DNA of 64,000 nt from a virus (taxonomy: Duplodnaviria > Caudoviricetes), in the IMG/VR virus record IMGVR_UViG_3300014205_000170, positions 256,001 through 320,000 of that record. The stretch is one strand, 5' to 3'. A model generated the notes under the pieces. That model saw only the letters and a program-made list of their open reading frames with translations. It did no database searches and was not told the origin of the DNA. The first letter of the stretch is position 1, and every line of letters begins with the position of its first letter. Positions 1 through 10,638 of the stretch are shown in pieces. Position numbers and translations under genes: made by a program.

Positions 1-1971
1 ACCACATTCAACTCGTTGATATTTTTCGCCGTTGTTAACTTTTGAATATCCTGCAAAAGGTCTTGTTAAAGTAGGCTCAGTCCAATAAGGTTCAAATCCA
101 TTTGCATAAGTTTCATTCCACGCAACACCAGATTCATATTTATACATAAAGTTTTTAGAAGCAACTAATGATATACGATTCCCAAAAAAAATACCAGGAC
201 CATCTCCGGCTGGGTCCGGAACATATTGTATTCCAAATCCACCGGCTACCCCATCAACTTCCATACCCAACAAATCTCCATCTTCATAAGCTGGCTCTTC
301 CATGTAATATCTATCAGTAGAATATTTAATTCTTTCTGACCCTGACACAAATCTTTGTATAATAGGTTTAGAAGGCACAGAATATGGAACTGGATAATTT
401 AAAGACCAAGGTTTTTCATAAGGGAATTGACCTAATTCTGCTGGAGCAGGATAACTTGGATGTTCAACATCATTGCCGGCAACATAATTTAAATCAAAAT
501 GACTTACAAGATAAAATGCATTATTCATCCAATATGAATAACTTCCAGTTGTTCTTGTTGCTAATGATTCATCAATAAATTCTTTAAATTGATAAGAACT
601 TAACCAAAGACCTTTATTTAATGTTTTAAAACCATTATCATCTGTTTTATAACCATTGGGGTCATATAAATTCGCAGGTAACTTTAATACATAACATCCA
701 AATTCTGTGTATTCAACTTGTCTTCTGTTTTCAGCAAATTCATTGTACCAAACATATTGAGAACCATCATCTCTATCTAAATCGTTATCTATTCTAGATA
801 CTGTTAATGTTCTAATGGGAAAATTTTGAGCGGTCATATCTCTGACTTGAATCTTTAATTTTCTATTAGCATTTTTAGCAACTGTAACTTCTAATTTTTC
901 ATTTGGCGCAAAAGCTACTGGTGGAAATATATAAGTGGCCCATTTTCTTAAATCTAATGGTGCAGAAATATTCAATTGAGTATATCCACTTTGAAAATCT
1001 CCCCAAGATGGAACTACATTAATAGCAAATTGTTGAAAATATAAATGGGGTATTGTTGATACGTTTGGACTTTCAGTAGTAGGATAAGGAAAGAAATTCA
1101 ATGCAATTTCATCTTTAGTCATACCTTGTTTTAACAAATCAACTTCCATCATAAAAGTTTGTGTACCAGTTGGAACATCATAAATGATGAATTCTCCTTT
1201 TTCATTTGTTAAGGCTGAATATCTGTATTTGTCCGGAACATTTTTTAATTGCTCGGTTGAAGTTAAAAAGTTTTGAGCAAACTTATAAGTTTCTTCATTA
1301 AAGTATTGTCCTTTAGAAGAATTTTCTTTTAAATTTAAAGTTATTCTATTTCCAGAATCATCAACAGATGCTATATCAGGAAATTCATCCGTAGCTTTAA
1401 AAATTGCTACTGGAACATTAGATAATGGAATTCTAATTTTATTACCATTCTCATCATTTATTTTTTGTATTGCTTCTAATTTTCCAAAAACAACGCCTGT
1501 TGGAGATTCTTTAAATACAGTTTCTCCCTCAACACTATTTATAACACTTAGAGTGTTTAATGAATTATATGTCTTAATGAGAGTAACACTAGCATACATG
1601 TCATCAACAGAAACATTTTGAAATTCAGTCCAAAAAGTATATTGATTTCCAAAAGTAGTTTGATTTATACTAATAAATTTCTGTCTACTTGAACCTCTTT
1701 GATTTTCGTCCAATTCATAATTTAACGTTTGAACCGAAGTTTTACCGGTAATGAATTTTACAGAAGGATTGTGTTTAAAATTATTATTAGGGAGCCTAGT
1801 ATTATTAACATCAAATTGATTATCTACTATTTTGAAAGGTTTTCCTAATGCATCAAATATAAGATACCCTAAAGGCAAATCTTTGAAATCAGGGTGGTCA
1901 ATCCCAAAGAAGTTCGTTACTCTTGTACCTTTGGTAAAATTTTTTATCTCTATAACTTCACTCTGAATCAT
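1..1971 (-). CDS. Large virion structural protein (baseplate/tail-associated), truncated by the left window edge
   Basis: Not in the ORF track. Read manually from ATG at 1971 (MIQSEVIEIKNF...) and still in frame at position 1 (...EKYQRVECG). Contains GVVFGKLEA and SALTNEKGEFIIYDVPTGTQTFMMEVD, a carboxypeptidase-regulatory-like beta-sandwich segment seen in jumbo-phage baseplate-region proteins. Confidence 0.65.
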   Translation of the reverse strand, partial: MIQSEVIEIKNFTKGTRVTNFFGIDHPDFKDLPLGYLIFDALGKPFKIVDNQFDVNNTRLPNNNFKHNPSVKFITGKTSVQTLNYELDENQRGSSRQKFISINQTTFGNQYTFWTEFQNVSVDDMYASVTLIKTYNSLNTLSVINSVEGETVFKESPTGVVFGKLEAIQKINDENGNKIRIPLSNVPVAIFKATDEFPDIASVDDSGNRITLNLKENSSKGQYFNEETYKFAQNFLTSTEQLKNVPDKYRYSALTNEKGEFIIYDVPTGTQTFMMEVDLLKQGMTKDEIALNFFPYPTTESPNVSTIPHLYFQQFAINVVPSWGDFQSGYTQLNISAPLDLRKWATYIFPPVAFAPNEKLEVTVAKNANRKLKIQVRDMTAQNFPIRTLTVSRIDNDLDRDDGSQYVWYNEFAENRRQVEYTEFGCYVLKLPANLYDPNGYKTDDNGFKTLNKGLWLSSYQFKEFIDESLATRTTGSYSYWMNNAFYLVSHFDLNYVAGNDVEHPSYPAPAELGQFPYEKPWSLNYPVPYSVPSKPIIQRFVSGSERIKYSTDRYYMEEPAYEDGDLLGMEVDGVAGGFGIQYVPDPAGDGPGIFFGNRISLVASKNFMYKYESGVAWNETYANGFEPYWTEPTLTRPFAGYSKVNNGEKYQRVECG

Positions 1972-2016
1972 TGATGGTTAAATTAATTAAAAACACAAAA
2001 AAGTCAACTATAACCC

Positions 2017-3441
2017 TTATATTGTAATAGGATTTATAACTTTAAATCTAAGAGTATCAGATATTAATCTTTTTGTGCCAAATTCTGATATTCTAAATTC
2101 AATTTTATATGTTTGTAAGTCTAATAACCATGACGTGTCCAAGTCAAAAAAACAAGATAAACAATCATCAACAATAGCATTATTCATTGCAGTCCAAGGA
2201 ACTAATTCATCTAATCCCATGGAAATTCTATATTCTAAACCAAAATCAGTAAATGGTTTTTGGTTTGAAAAAGACATCCTAACATCCGCATAAACACGAT
2301 ATATTTCTCCAGACACCAATGGTGCATTATTTGGCACACCATAAATATCAACAGCATAATCATTAACGCGTTTCGAATTATTATTATAATAGTTATCTCT
2401 AATGTCAAAGTAATTTGTAAAATCCGTACTATCTCTTCCTGGAACAAACGTTACACCTTCCCAAATATCTTTATATTTTTGTCCTTTAGTTGCAGCCGAC
2501 ATATTAATGTCAACATAATATACACCTTTAGAATGATGAGTAGGAGTTAAACCACTATATACCATAGTATTTGAACTATTTCTTATAGTAACAGTTCCTG
2601 CTGAATAATAATTTGTAGCTTGATTACCACTAAACAAATAAAGGAATAATCTTGAAATTCTATTGTTGGTTACCCAATGTCTATCATCGCGTATTACTTG
2701 ATTATAAGTTACTTCGATATATGGTTTAAAAGCATAGTTTGTTTTGTGTGAATAAAAAGAAGAAATATACCTAGTATCTCCAGAAATCAACTCAAAAGGT
2801 CTTGTATATGCAATACCAATACCATAGTTTGTTGAGCCTCCACTTAACCATCCGTTTACCATACTAGAAATATCTACTGATATGTCCTCAGAACCTATTG
2901 GGAAATTTTGTGTTACATAATTAGTTGTTTGTGCAGAAGGGTTAGTGAAAACACCTGGATTATCCCAACCTACAAATGTAGTGGCACTTAACCAATTGGA
3001 ATAGCCACTTAAAATACTTGATGTATTTTTAAATGTAATTGCTTTTTGGTCATCCAACGAACCTCCTCTTCCTTCATTCCAATCCTTGTTTATAGGAAAA
3101 AAAATAAGGTCAAAACCAGCGGCAATATTTTTATTCAAAACATCATATACAAATTCCGGTTCTAACATCTTATCAGACGGAATTGCATTCTTGTATTTCA
3201 AAACATAAGATACAGTATAAGCACTATTGATGGTCAAATCCGAATATTTTACTTGTAAATCAGCTAAATCAAAATAAGCTAAATGTCTAGAAATTGAATT
3301 ACGTTTAGCTAAAGCAGTATCTGTTCCACCTCCACCATATACAAGAGAAAATACGTTCTCCTGAGAAGCATTTAAGTTCTCATATATAAGTCCACTTTGA
3401 ATTGTATTCTCCTTGTTAGGATATATTCGATATTTACCCAT
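2017..3441 (-). CDS. Virion structural protein, DNRLRE/disaggregatase-like beta-sandwich
   Basis: ORF 2017..3525; likely start is MGKYRIYP at 3441, 18 nt after a TATTTAT motif. Has the SRHLAYFDL...W...DISVDISSMVNGWLSGGSTNYGIGI...FYS...PYIEVTY pattern. Confidence 0.6.
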   Translation of the reverse strand: MGKYRIYPNKENTIQSGLIYENLNASQENVFSLVYGGGGTDTALAKRNSISRHLAYFDLADLQVKYSDLTINSAYTVSYVLKYKNAIPSDKMLEPEFVYDVLNKNIAAGFDLIFFPINKDWNEGRGGSLDDQKAITFKNTSSILSGYSNWLSATTFVGWDNPGVFTNPSAQTTNYVTQNFPIGSEDISVDISSMVNGWLSGGSTNYGIGIAYTRPFELISGDTRYISSFYSHKTNYAFKPYIEVTYNQVIRDDRHWVTNNRISRLFLYLFSGNQATNYYSAGTVTIRNSSNTMVYSGLTPTHHSKGVYYVDINMSAATKGQKYKDIWEGVTFVPGRDSTDFTNYFDIRDNYYNNNSKRVNDYAVDIYGVPNNAPLVSGEIYRVYADVRMSFSNQKPFTDFGLEYRISMGLDELVPWTAMNNAIVDDCLSCFFDLDTSWLLDLQTYKIEFRISEFGTKRLISDTLRFKVINPITI

Positions 3442-3528
3442 ATTATAATGAAGTTTTTCATAAATATATAAGATAATATATTTTAGCTTAATATTATTAG
3501 GTAGAAACACTGACTTTTTTTCCATTCC

Positions 3529-3535
3529 TATTTAT
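3529..3535 (+). promoter_or_regulatory. TATTTAT putative late promoter (representative copy)
   Basis: Same heptamer sits 15-26 nt upstream of starts at 3441, 3552, 9678, 39668, 40680, 41445, 41515, 45407, 52188 and 56980. Confidence 0.6.
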
Positions 3536-3551
3536 CTTTAATTCAATTAAA

Positions 3552-3965
3552 ATGGCTCGAAAATCAATAAATATTAGATTTCCATTTGAGGAAACTCAAG
3601 ATGGTGGAGTATTTCAAACAAATACCACCACAGAAAGAGCTTTACGAGACGATTTAGTATCATTATTAACCACAAAGAGAAGACAAAGAGTAATGAGAAA
3701 TAACCTATTTTCTCCCATTTTTGACTACTTAGATGAACCTCTAGATACAATAATGCAGCAACGTTTGGAAACAGACATCAAGACTAAGGTAGGTGAATTT
3801 ATACCGCAAATTGAAATACAAAGAATACAATATACTCCTAAACCGGAAGAGAATTTGTTGGGTATAAAAATCATATTTAGCATTTCAGAATTATTTGACA
3901 CTGTACAAACAGTGGAACTTAACATTCCAACAAACGATAACCCAAATTTAGATACAACAACTTAA
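3552..3965 (+). CDS. Baseplate wedge subunit, gp25/GPW-like
   Basis: INIRFPF...LVSLLTTKRRQRVMRNNLFSPIFDYLDEP is a variant of the gp25 LxTxxGERxxxPxFG motif; lies directly upstream of the gp6-like gene. Confidence 0.8.
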   Translation: MARKSINIRFPFEETQDGGVFQTNTTTERALRDDLVSLLTTKRRQRVMRNNLFSPIFDYLDEPLDTIMQQRLETDIKTKVGEFIPQIEIQRIQYTPKPEENLLGIKIIFSISELFDTVQTVELNIPTNDNPNLDTTT

Positions 3966-3971
3966 TAAATA

Positions 3972-5846
3972 ATGGCAACGAGTAGTAATAGAAATACCAT
4001 AGCAAAAAATCAAACTTATCTAAATAGAGATTTTAATAGCATTAGAGAGGATTTGATGAACATATTAAAGGTTTATTATCCTGAACAATGGCAAGATTTC
4101 AATTCTGTAAGCATTGGAATGTCATTGGTTGATTTAATGGCTTATGTCTCAGATTTACTTTCATATCATACAGATAAGAGATTTAATGAGATGTTTCTTG
4201 AAACAGCTCAGGAAAAAACATCTTTATACCGTCTTGCAAAAAATTTAGGTTATAAAGCTCCAGGTTTTAGACCAGCAATAACAATAGCAGATTTTTCAAT
4301 AGAAGTTCCTCCAACAGCAAATGGTCCTGACGAAACTTATTTACCTTTATTCAGACCAGGAGTTCAAATTAAAGGAGCAGCACAAATTTTCGAGACAACA
4401 AATGAGATTGATTTTTCTAGTGACTTTTCTGAAAATGGAATAGCAAATAGAAAAATAGAACCTATTTTTAACTCTAATCAAGATATTTTAAGATACAGAA
4501 TTACAAAAAGAGAAATTGCCAAAGCTGGACAAACAAAAACATTTTCTTTAACAATTGATGTTGCTGATTCTCAAACACCATTCTTTGAAGTGTTTTTACC
4601 AGATACAAATGTTTTAGAAATACTTAGTGTTATAGCAAAACCAGGAACTGATTTTGCAACTGAACCAACATACGATGAATTTAATGATATTGATTTAAAA
4701 TATTGGGAAGTAGATGATTTACCAGAAGATAGAGTATTTGTAGAAGACACTTCTATAGCTGCGGTTAATGGTATTAGTTCCGGTGAGTATATAAATGTAA
4801 CACAAAGATTCACAAAAGAATTTATGGCAGATGGAACTTGTAAGTTAACTTTTGGCGGAGGTACAGCTTTCAATGATTCATATGAAAGATATTTAGAAAG
4901 TATTCCTATTGGTCAAACAGGTCAAATCCAAATTAGAGATATGTTAGACAATGGCTCTTTAGGAGTTATGTTACCAGCAACCTCAACTTTATATGTAAAA
5001 TATAGAATTGGTGGCGGAAATTTATCTAATGTTGGGTCTAATGTATTACAACAAATTTCCAATATTAACTCCGTAATAATGGGGTCTAGTGCTCAATTAA
5101 ATCAACAAGTTATTGGCTCTACTACTGCTACTAACGTTGTACCGGCAATTGGTGGAGCTGACCTGCCAACAGCTGATGAATTAAGATATAATATTTCTGG
5201 AAATTTTGCTGCACAAAGAAGATGTGTAACATTACAAGATTATATTACTAGAGCATATCAATTACCAGGAAAATTTGGTGCACCATTTAAAATACATGGT
5301 GATACACAAGATAATAAAATAATACTTTATATTCTTTCTAAAGATGCTAATGGAAAATTATTAACAAACTCTTTAAGTACTGTAAAGAGTAATTTGGTTA
5401 CTTATATAGAACCTTATAGAATGTTAAATGATTTCGTGGAAATAAATGATGGAAAAGTTATTAATCTTTCTGTTGAAATCGATTTATTTACTGATAAAGT
5501 ATTTAATGGAAACGAAATAAAATTAAATGCTATTAATGCTGTTAAAGATTTCTTTGATATAAACAAATGGAATATGAATCAAAACATTTATGTTTCACAA
5601 GTTGTTGATGTATTAAGAGAAATACCTGGAGTTGTTAACGTTGTAGATGTAAGATTTTACAACATGGATGGTGGAGCTTATTCAAACACCTTAATTGCTC
5701 AAGCCAATGGTCAAAGAACATTAGTTCAAGCACCTGGTACTTTTAGAACAGTTATCAATTATTTGGACAATTGTATATATTCAACTGCTATTTCAATGTT
5801 TGAAATTCGTTATCCAGAGCGTGATATCCGAGTAAGAATCGGTTAA
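3972..5846 (+). CDS. Baseplate wedge protein, T4 gp6/baseplate J-like
   Basis: YLNRDFNSIREDL, DLMAYVSDLLSYHTD..NEMFLETAQ, LAKNLGYK, YRIGGG..SNV, GGAD, AQRRCVTLQDY. Confidence 0.9.
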   Translation: MATSSNRNTIAKNQTYLNRDFNSIREDLMNILKVYYPEQWQDFNSVSIGMSLVDLMAYVSDLLSYHTDKRFNEMFLETAQEKTSLYRLAKNLGYKAPGFRPAITIADFSIEVPPTANGPDETYLPLFRPGVQIKGAAQIFETTNEIDFSSDFSENGIANRKIEPIFNSNQDILRYRITKREIAKAGQTKTFSLTIDVADSQTPFFEVFLPDTNVLEILSVIAKPGTDFATEPTYDEFNDIDLKYWEVDDLPEDRVFVEDTSIAAVNGISSGEYINVTQRFTKEFMADGTCKLTFGGGTAFNDSYERYLESIPIGQTGQIQIRDMLDNGSLGVMLPATSTLYVKYRIGGGNLSNVGSNVLQQISNINSVIMGSSAQLNQQVIGSTTATNVVPAIGGADLPTADELRYNISGNFAAQRRCVTLQDYITRAYQLPGKFGAPFKIHGDTQDNKIILYILSKDANGKLLTNSLSTVKSNLVTYIEPYRMLNDFVEINDGKVINLSVEIDLFTDKVFNGNEIKLNAINAVKDFFDINKWNMNQNIYVSQVVDVLREIPGVVNVVDVRFYNMDGGAYSNTLIAQANGQRTLVQAPGTFRTVINYLDNCIYSTAISMFEIRYPERDIRVRIG

Positions 5847-5866
5847 TTAATTTATACTTTTTAAAT

Positions 5867-6433
5867 ATGCCAATATTCGTTACAATACCTAAAATACTTC
5901 AATATTTACAAACACGTCTTGTTTTAATAGAAAAAATAATTAAATCAAAGCCAAAAACAGTAGCAATTCCACGACTAATAGAAGAACCAAGACCAAATAG
6001 ATTTAGACCAGTTCCTATTGAACAAGAACCAAAAAGAAATAATAGATTTATTGTAATATTACCGCCTGAGTTTGGAATAGAATCATATTTTATTCAAAAA
6101 ATCAATAGACCCAAAATATCTTTTACACAAAATAAATATGAATGGGCAAATATAGAATTGGAATTATTCGATGTAATTGGTCCATCTACAACAAAAGCAA
6201 TATATAAAATAATTGATTTTTGTCAAGAACATAAAAATTTAAATGTAAAAGAAAATTTTTTATTTAGTTTATCAATTCAATCTTTAGACCCTGTAGGATG
6301 TGTTGTAGAGGAGTGGGTTATCGATATAAAAGAGATATTAAATATAGATTTTGGAGATTGTGATTACAGCAATGATGATGTTCAAAAAATAAAAATTTTG
6401 ATTAAACCCTATAATTGCGAATTAGTTAATTAA
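5867..6433 (+). CDS. Tail-tube (gp19-like) paralogue with N-terminal extension carrying the TRLVLIEK tag
   Basis: EPKRNNRF...RPKI...W..IELELFDVIGPS...LDPVGCVVEEW...DFGDCDYS matches T4-like tube proteins. Confidence 0.75.
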   Translation: MPIFVTIPKILQYLQTRLVLIEKIIKSKPKTVAIPRLIEEPRPNRFRPVPIEQEPKRNNRFIVILPPEFGIESYFIQKINRPKISFTQNKYEWANIELELFDVIGPSTTKAIYKIIDFCQEHKNLNVKENFLFSLSIQSLDPVGCVVEEWVIDIKEILNIDFGDCDYSNDDVQKIKILIKPYNCELVN

Positions 6434-7454
6434 TCCTTACAACATTTGAAATTAAATCTTGTAATTTAGTACCAGTTAGATATGGTTCTAATTGCAGGGT
6501 TAAATTATTTGGAACCGCTGGACTTTGAGGAGTGTGTACATGTGTAATTAAAAATCTTAATATCAATCTTAAAAGTATAATTAATTCATCACCAAATACT
6601 GTGGGATGTAATGAATCAGCTAAACTGCCAAAATCTTTCAATCTTGTACTAAGCTCAACATCTGTTCCTAAGTTAGGTTTTTTAAATTTTCCTTCTGGAG
6701 AATATATATTAATATTAGTAGATTGAAAATTTATTTGAGAATAAGGAACAAATGTACTTTCAGATAATGCTAATCTGTCAAAAATTCTAATTGAATTTGG
6801 ATTCACATTTTCAGTTTCTACTTGTTTAATTTCTATTTGACAAGGAGTGTTTGTATTTAAATCGGTAGTACCTTTTTTAAACCTTCCAGCTCTAATCAAA
6901 ACAGACCTAGGAGAAAATGTAATATCAGCATCTTGTCTTCCTTGTAAAGCAATATCACTTGGTTGAGGGTAATAAAAAGCAGCTTTATTTAAATTATTTG
7001 TTGTTGGGTTTGAAGCAGTATTTTTTTGAGAAAAATTATTGATGTTAAAAATCTCAGATGCATCTGTATAGGATTGATAAGGTAATTTTGTTTGTTGACT
7101 TATTACAGGACCTAACCAATATCTAGTTGACGTTAAATCCAAAGGATTTTCACTGATAACAAGAACCATTTCACCAACTTGAGGACGTATGTGAGAAAAT
7201 TCAGACAGTAATGGTATACAAATTGGAAGTTTATCCGTAGGGGTATCTCTATCTTTTCCGGGTTTAATAGCTCCATTTTCATCTAGAGTTACTATTTCAG
7301 CTTTTAAACGATTAAAGCCGGCATAATCATCAGTACTTCGAACAACAGCAGCATAGATAATCCTCAAAGATGACGAAGGGTCACCTCTGTAATTATCTTG
7401 ACCTCCCATAGATAGGAGAGATTCAGACATGCTGGTAAAATCGTTCTTGCCCAT
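6426..7454 (-). CDS. Baseplate hub/central spike protein (gp5/gpV-like)
   Basis: N-terminal OB-fold pattern (VVRSTDD...R.KAEI...PQVGEMVLVI...RYWLGP) and C-terminal THVH (HxH spike-tip metal motif). Confidence 0.75.
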   Translation of the reverse strand: MGKNDFTSMSESLLSMGGQDNYRGDPSSSLRIIYAAVVRSTDDYAGFNRLKAEIVTLDENGAIKPGKDRDTPTDKLPICIPLLSEFSHIRPQVGEMVLVISENPLDLTSTRYWLGPVISQQTKLPYQSYTDASEIFNINNFSQKNTASNPTTNNLNKAAFYYPQPSDIALQGRQDADITFSPRSVLIRAGRFKKGTTDLNTNTPCQIEIKQVETENVNPNSIRIFDRLALSESTFVPYSQINFQSTNINIYSPEGKFKKPNLGTDVELSTRLKDFGSLADSLHPTVFGDELIILLRLILRFLITHVHTPQSPAVPNNLTLQLEPYLTGTKLQDLISNVVRIN

Positions 7455-7630
7455 TATTTTGAGTTTTGTTTCACTTCCTCTATTAAAGTATAATAAGTCT
7501 TTTCCAATGAATCAATTACATTTAATAAAGTTTCAACTTCTTCTTTCTTTTTATTTATATCATCAACAATATCTTGGATATCTCTAAGAAGTTGAGTGTT
7601 AGTTTTTTTATTTACGTTAACGTTATCCAT
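7454..7630 (-). CDS. Small coiled-coil protein (58 aa)
   Basis: Manual translation MDNVNVNKKTNTQLLRDIQDIVDDINKKKEEVETLLNVIDSLEKTYYTLIEEVKQNSK*; fills the gap and overlaps the next gene by TAATG. Confidence 0.7.
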   Translation of the reverse strand: MDNVNVNKKTNTQLLRDIQDIVDDINKKKEEVETLLNVIDSLEKTYYTLIEEVKQNSK

Positions 7631-7636
7631 GCTCTT

Positions 7637-8053
7637 TTATGATGCAATTCCGGTTGCTGTATGAGGTGTTGGATTTGCTCCTGTACTTGTCACAGGACCT
7701 CCAGAATTGGCTCCGGCTGATGTAACTATCATTCCACTATCAACAGCAACATCCACTCGCATTTCACTTTGTAAAGAGTCATATATCTCCTCAACCATTA
7801 TACGAGTAAATGCTTCCATAACATTTGGTTTCCCATTTTCTAATGGACCGGTTGGTATTCCAATTTCTGTAAATCTTGAAATAATACTTGTGGCAGTAAC
7901 TTCACTATCCAAACCTGGTCTAGCTTTCCCCAACAATATTTTTTTAAGATTTAATCTAGGTATTCTCAATCTATGTTCTGACAACAAGAAAGAAAAGAAA
8001 TCTGCAATTTCTTGAGATTTTTGTAATTTTTTATCAATTTTTATACAAGCCAT
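7637..8053 (-). CDS. Hypothetical baseplate/spike-associated protein
   Basis: 138 aa ORF in the baseplate operon; G/T/A-rich C-terminus (GANSGGPVTSTG). Confidence 0.55.
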   Translation of the reverse strand: MACIKIDKKLQKSQEIADFFSFLLSEHRLRIPRLNLKKILLGKARPGLDSEVTATSIISRFTEIGIPTGPLENGKPNVMEAFTRIMVEEIYDSLQSEMRVDVAVDSGMIVTSAGANSGGPVTSTGANPTPHTATGIAS

Positions 8054-8055
8054 AA

Positions 8056-9297
8056 TTATGATACTCCTTCATCAAATTTAAATATGTCATTTAAACTTTT
8101 TGTAGCTGTTGCAAATTTCGCAGCTTTATCAAGTTTTTGCAGTTCTTCATTAGAAGCAAATTGCTGTTTAGCAATTTTTCTCTTAATTCTATCTTGTGTT
8201 TTTTGTACAAAGTATTTTTTAACTAAATTCTTTAATTCTTTTATAAGGCGTTGAATTATAATAGAAAGTAAATAAGCATAAATAGAATTCATTATAGCAC
8301 TAACAAATGATGTTCTTTTTTGAAATTCTGAATCACTTCCCACACACATCGCTCTGACATCACAAGGAGAAGGTAAAAAATCATCATGTGAAACACCTAA
8401 GTTTCCATTTGGTCCAGAATTAATTTGAGACATTACTCCTGTTAGATGCGGCGAAATAGCAGTTGGAATCAAATTAATGATGTTTTCAACCAATATTTGT
8501 AAAAAACTTTTTCTTACTGCGTTTGCATTTTCTTGAGAGTTAATTCTTTGAGTTTCAGATGTTACTACATTACTGATTTGCTCAAACATAATCGATGGAT
8601 TTATTTTAGTCTTACTAGGATTTGAATTATTTGCTATAACATCATTAGCTTGATTTAAAATTATATCTGGTAATTTAATTTTAACGTCTTGACAAGAGAT
8701 GGTAAAAATCATTTCACCTTTTTCTAATCTTTTTCTTAATTCTACTTTATTAAATTCAAAATCACCTTCTGAATCACTTGTAGGATTTGATACTGAAAAC
8801 ATATCTGATGAACACACTGCATAATTTAATAAAACAGATTGTTCTGCAGGATTATCACTCATCTTCTCTTTTGGGCCAAACATCATAGTTATAATACGCT
8901 TAGCCATTTGTGCTTTAGCAACTCTAAAAACAATATTTAATGGTATTAAAGCATTGTCTAACAACCACTCTTGATTAGTTTGAGAATTACTGATTTTTTT
9001 ACCATTACTATCTAAGGATTTTGCTAAAGATTTTAAAACCATTTTTTCTAGCTTGTTACTGTTTGGGTCGAACAATTTATCTATAAATGTTTTTAAAAAC
9101 AAATCCATAGTTGCTGCACCTAAAGTAGCTTCTGTTATTTTTTTAGCATAATCAAAAGTGCTAATTTGTTGGTCAATATCTAAAAACTTTGGTTTTTTTA
9201 ACTTAAGGGAAAAAGAATTTTTTAAAGCTGATAATTGTGATAACAGCTTTTCTTGTTGCTCTGTAAGTGGGTTTTCTATTGGTTTTTGAAATGCCAT
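8056..9297 (-). CDS. Hypothetical protein, probably structural
   Basis: 413 aa ORF tightly packed within the late operon. Confidence 0.6.
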   Translation of the reverse strand: MAFQKPIENPLTEQQEKLLSQLSALKNSFSLKLKKPKFLDIDQQISTFDYAKKITEATLGAATMDLFLKTFIDKLFDPNSNKLEKMVLKSLAKSLDSNGKKISNSQTNQEWLLDNALIPLNIVFRVAKAQMAKRIITMMFGPKEKMSDNPAEQSVLLNYAVCSSDMFSVSNPTSDSEGDFEFNKVELRKRLEKGEMIFTISCQDVKIKLPDIILNQANDVIANNSNPSKTKINPSIMFEQISNVVTSETQRINSQENANAVRKSFLQILVENIINLIPTAISPHLTGVMSQINSGPNGNLGVSHDDFLPSPCDVRAMCVGSDSEFQKRTSFVSAIMNSIYAYLLSIIIQRLIKELKNLVKKYFVQKTQDRIKRKIAKQQFASNEELQKLDKAAKFATATKSLNDIFKFDEGVS

Positions 9298-9309
9298 TTG
9301 ATAATGATT

Positions 9310-9678
9310 TTACTTAGTGTCCGCAGCCTCATCTTTAGGATTTTCCATATCCTTAAGTAATTTCAAAATTTCAGATTTTTGGGTGTCTCCCATGCCGGGC
9401 CCAGAAGTTCCTTTTCCACCAGCAGAAGAGTCATCTTTGTGAACAATATCCTTAACTAGTTTCGCTAAATTGAATATAGCATTTGAACGGTCGGCAGCTA
9501 TTTTTAAATAATCAACAGCAAACTTACCTTGTAGAACGAAATCATCTGCACTAGTCATCATTTCATCTTGTCTTCTATACCTTTCTAATGCTAAATCGCG
9601 CTCCTCCTGAAATCCATCCAAGGACTTTTCTAGGAGTTTTTCTAACCCATGTGCAGAAATATCAACTTTTTTTTCCAT
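9310..9678 (-). CDS. Helical hypothetical protein (possibly terminase small subunit-like)
   Basis: 122 aa helical ORF after a TATTTAT motif; the function is a guess from size and helical pattern only. Confidence 0.4.
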   Translation of the reverse strand: MEKKVDISAHGLEKLLEKSLDGFQEERDLALERYRRQDEMMTSADDFVLQGKFAVDYLKIAADRSNAIFNLAKLVKDIVHKDDSSAGGKGTSGPGMGDTQKSEILKLLKDMENPKDEAADTK

Positions 9679-9729
9679 ATTAACTCTAATAAGTGTTTAT
9701 ATAAATAGGAGTTACAAAAAAAACAGAAT

Positions 9730-10620
9730 CTATTCCAAGGATTTTAAAAAATCGTGTTTGAAAATTTTATAGTAACTTTTAAATCGACTTAAGGAATATG
9801 TTATCTCCTTTGTTTGTAAACCGGTTCTTTCTTTTAATAAATGATATACTAAATTTTTATTATACACCTTTAACATATCGTGGTTTTCAAAAATATAAAT
9901 TATTGCTTCTGCAACTTTTTTATCATTTGATAACATTTTAGGTTTTTTCATCTCATCCTTAAGTTTTTTGACAATACCATCAAAAACCAAAGAATTTGTA
10001 TCTTTTACTTCTTCAACATCATTTAATTCGTAGTGATTTTCTGGTTTAGCACTTGCTGCATCCACATTTTCATCAATATCAAGAGTTGCTTTAGTCATTT
10101 TGTAAGCACTTCTCTTTTCTCCCATCAAATAATGCTTTGCTATTGTTCCAAGATAAGCAAAAGCTTTTGCTCCAGTATTTGGGTCGTATTTTTCTAATTT
10201 AGTAGCAAGAAAAGACATACAATCTATTTGTAATTCTCTTACTTCAACATCTGTACGGAAAAGTTTATAAGTAAAAATAATATTTTCTACCAATTTCTTT
10301 AAGGGATTATAAATTTCTTTATTAAAAATTTTATCTCTAGTAATTTGATTGGTTTCTTTTAAGTATTCTACAATAGCTTTTTCTTGTTTATCAGACCAAT
10401 AAATAGAATTTTTCTCATACCTCTGTTTAAGTTCATCATCATAATTATCTTTTTCGTCTGAAACAGATTTATATAATTTTCTTAAATCTTCTATAGTGGG
10501 CTCATACCCATTACTTTCTTTATCTAAATCATTGGCTAAAGTTTCGTATAAATAAATATACTCCTCTCCAATAGAATCAAATTTAATATCTTTTAAAGAT
10601 TTTAATTGTCGTTTTGCCAT
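9730..10620 (-). CDS. Late-transcription sigma factor, T4 gp55-like
   Basis: YWSDKQEKAIVEY...IYNPLKKLVENII...YDPNTGAKAFAYLGTIAKHYL resembles the gp55 FDP..NPFAYFTQI region-2 motif. Confidence 0.7.
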   Translation of the reverse strand: MAKRQLKSLKDIKFDSIGEEYIYLYETLANDLDKESNGYEPTIEDLRKLYKSVSDEKDNYDDELKQRYEKNSIYWSDKQEKAIVEYLKETNQITRDKIFNKEIYNPLKKLVENIIFTYKLFRTDVEVRELQIDCMSFLATKLEKYDPNTGAKAFAYLGTIAKHYLMGEKRSAYKMTKATLDIDENVDAASAKPENHYELNDVEEVKDTNSLVFDGIVKKLKDEMKKPKMLSNDKKVAEAIIYIFENHDMLKVYNKNLVYHLLKERTGLQTKEITYSLSRFKSYYKIFKHDFLKSLE

Positions 10621-10638
10621 TATAGATGAAATTGAATA

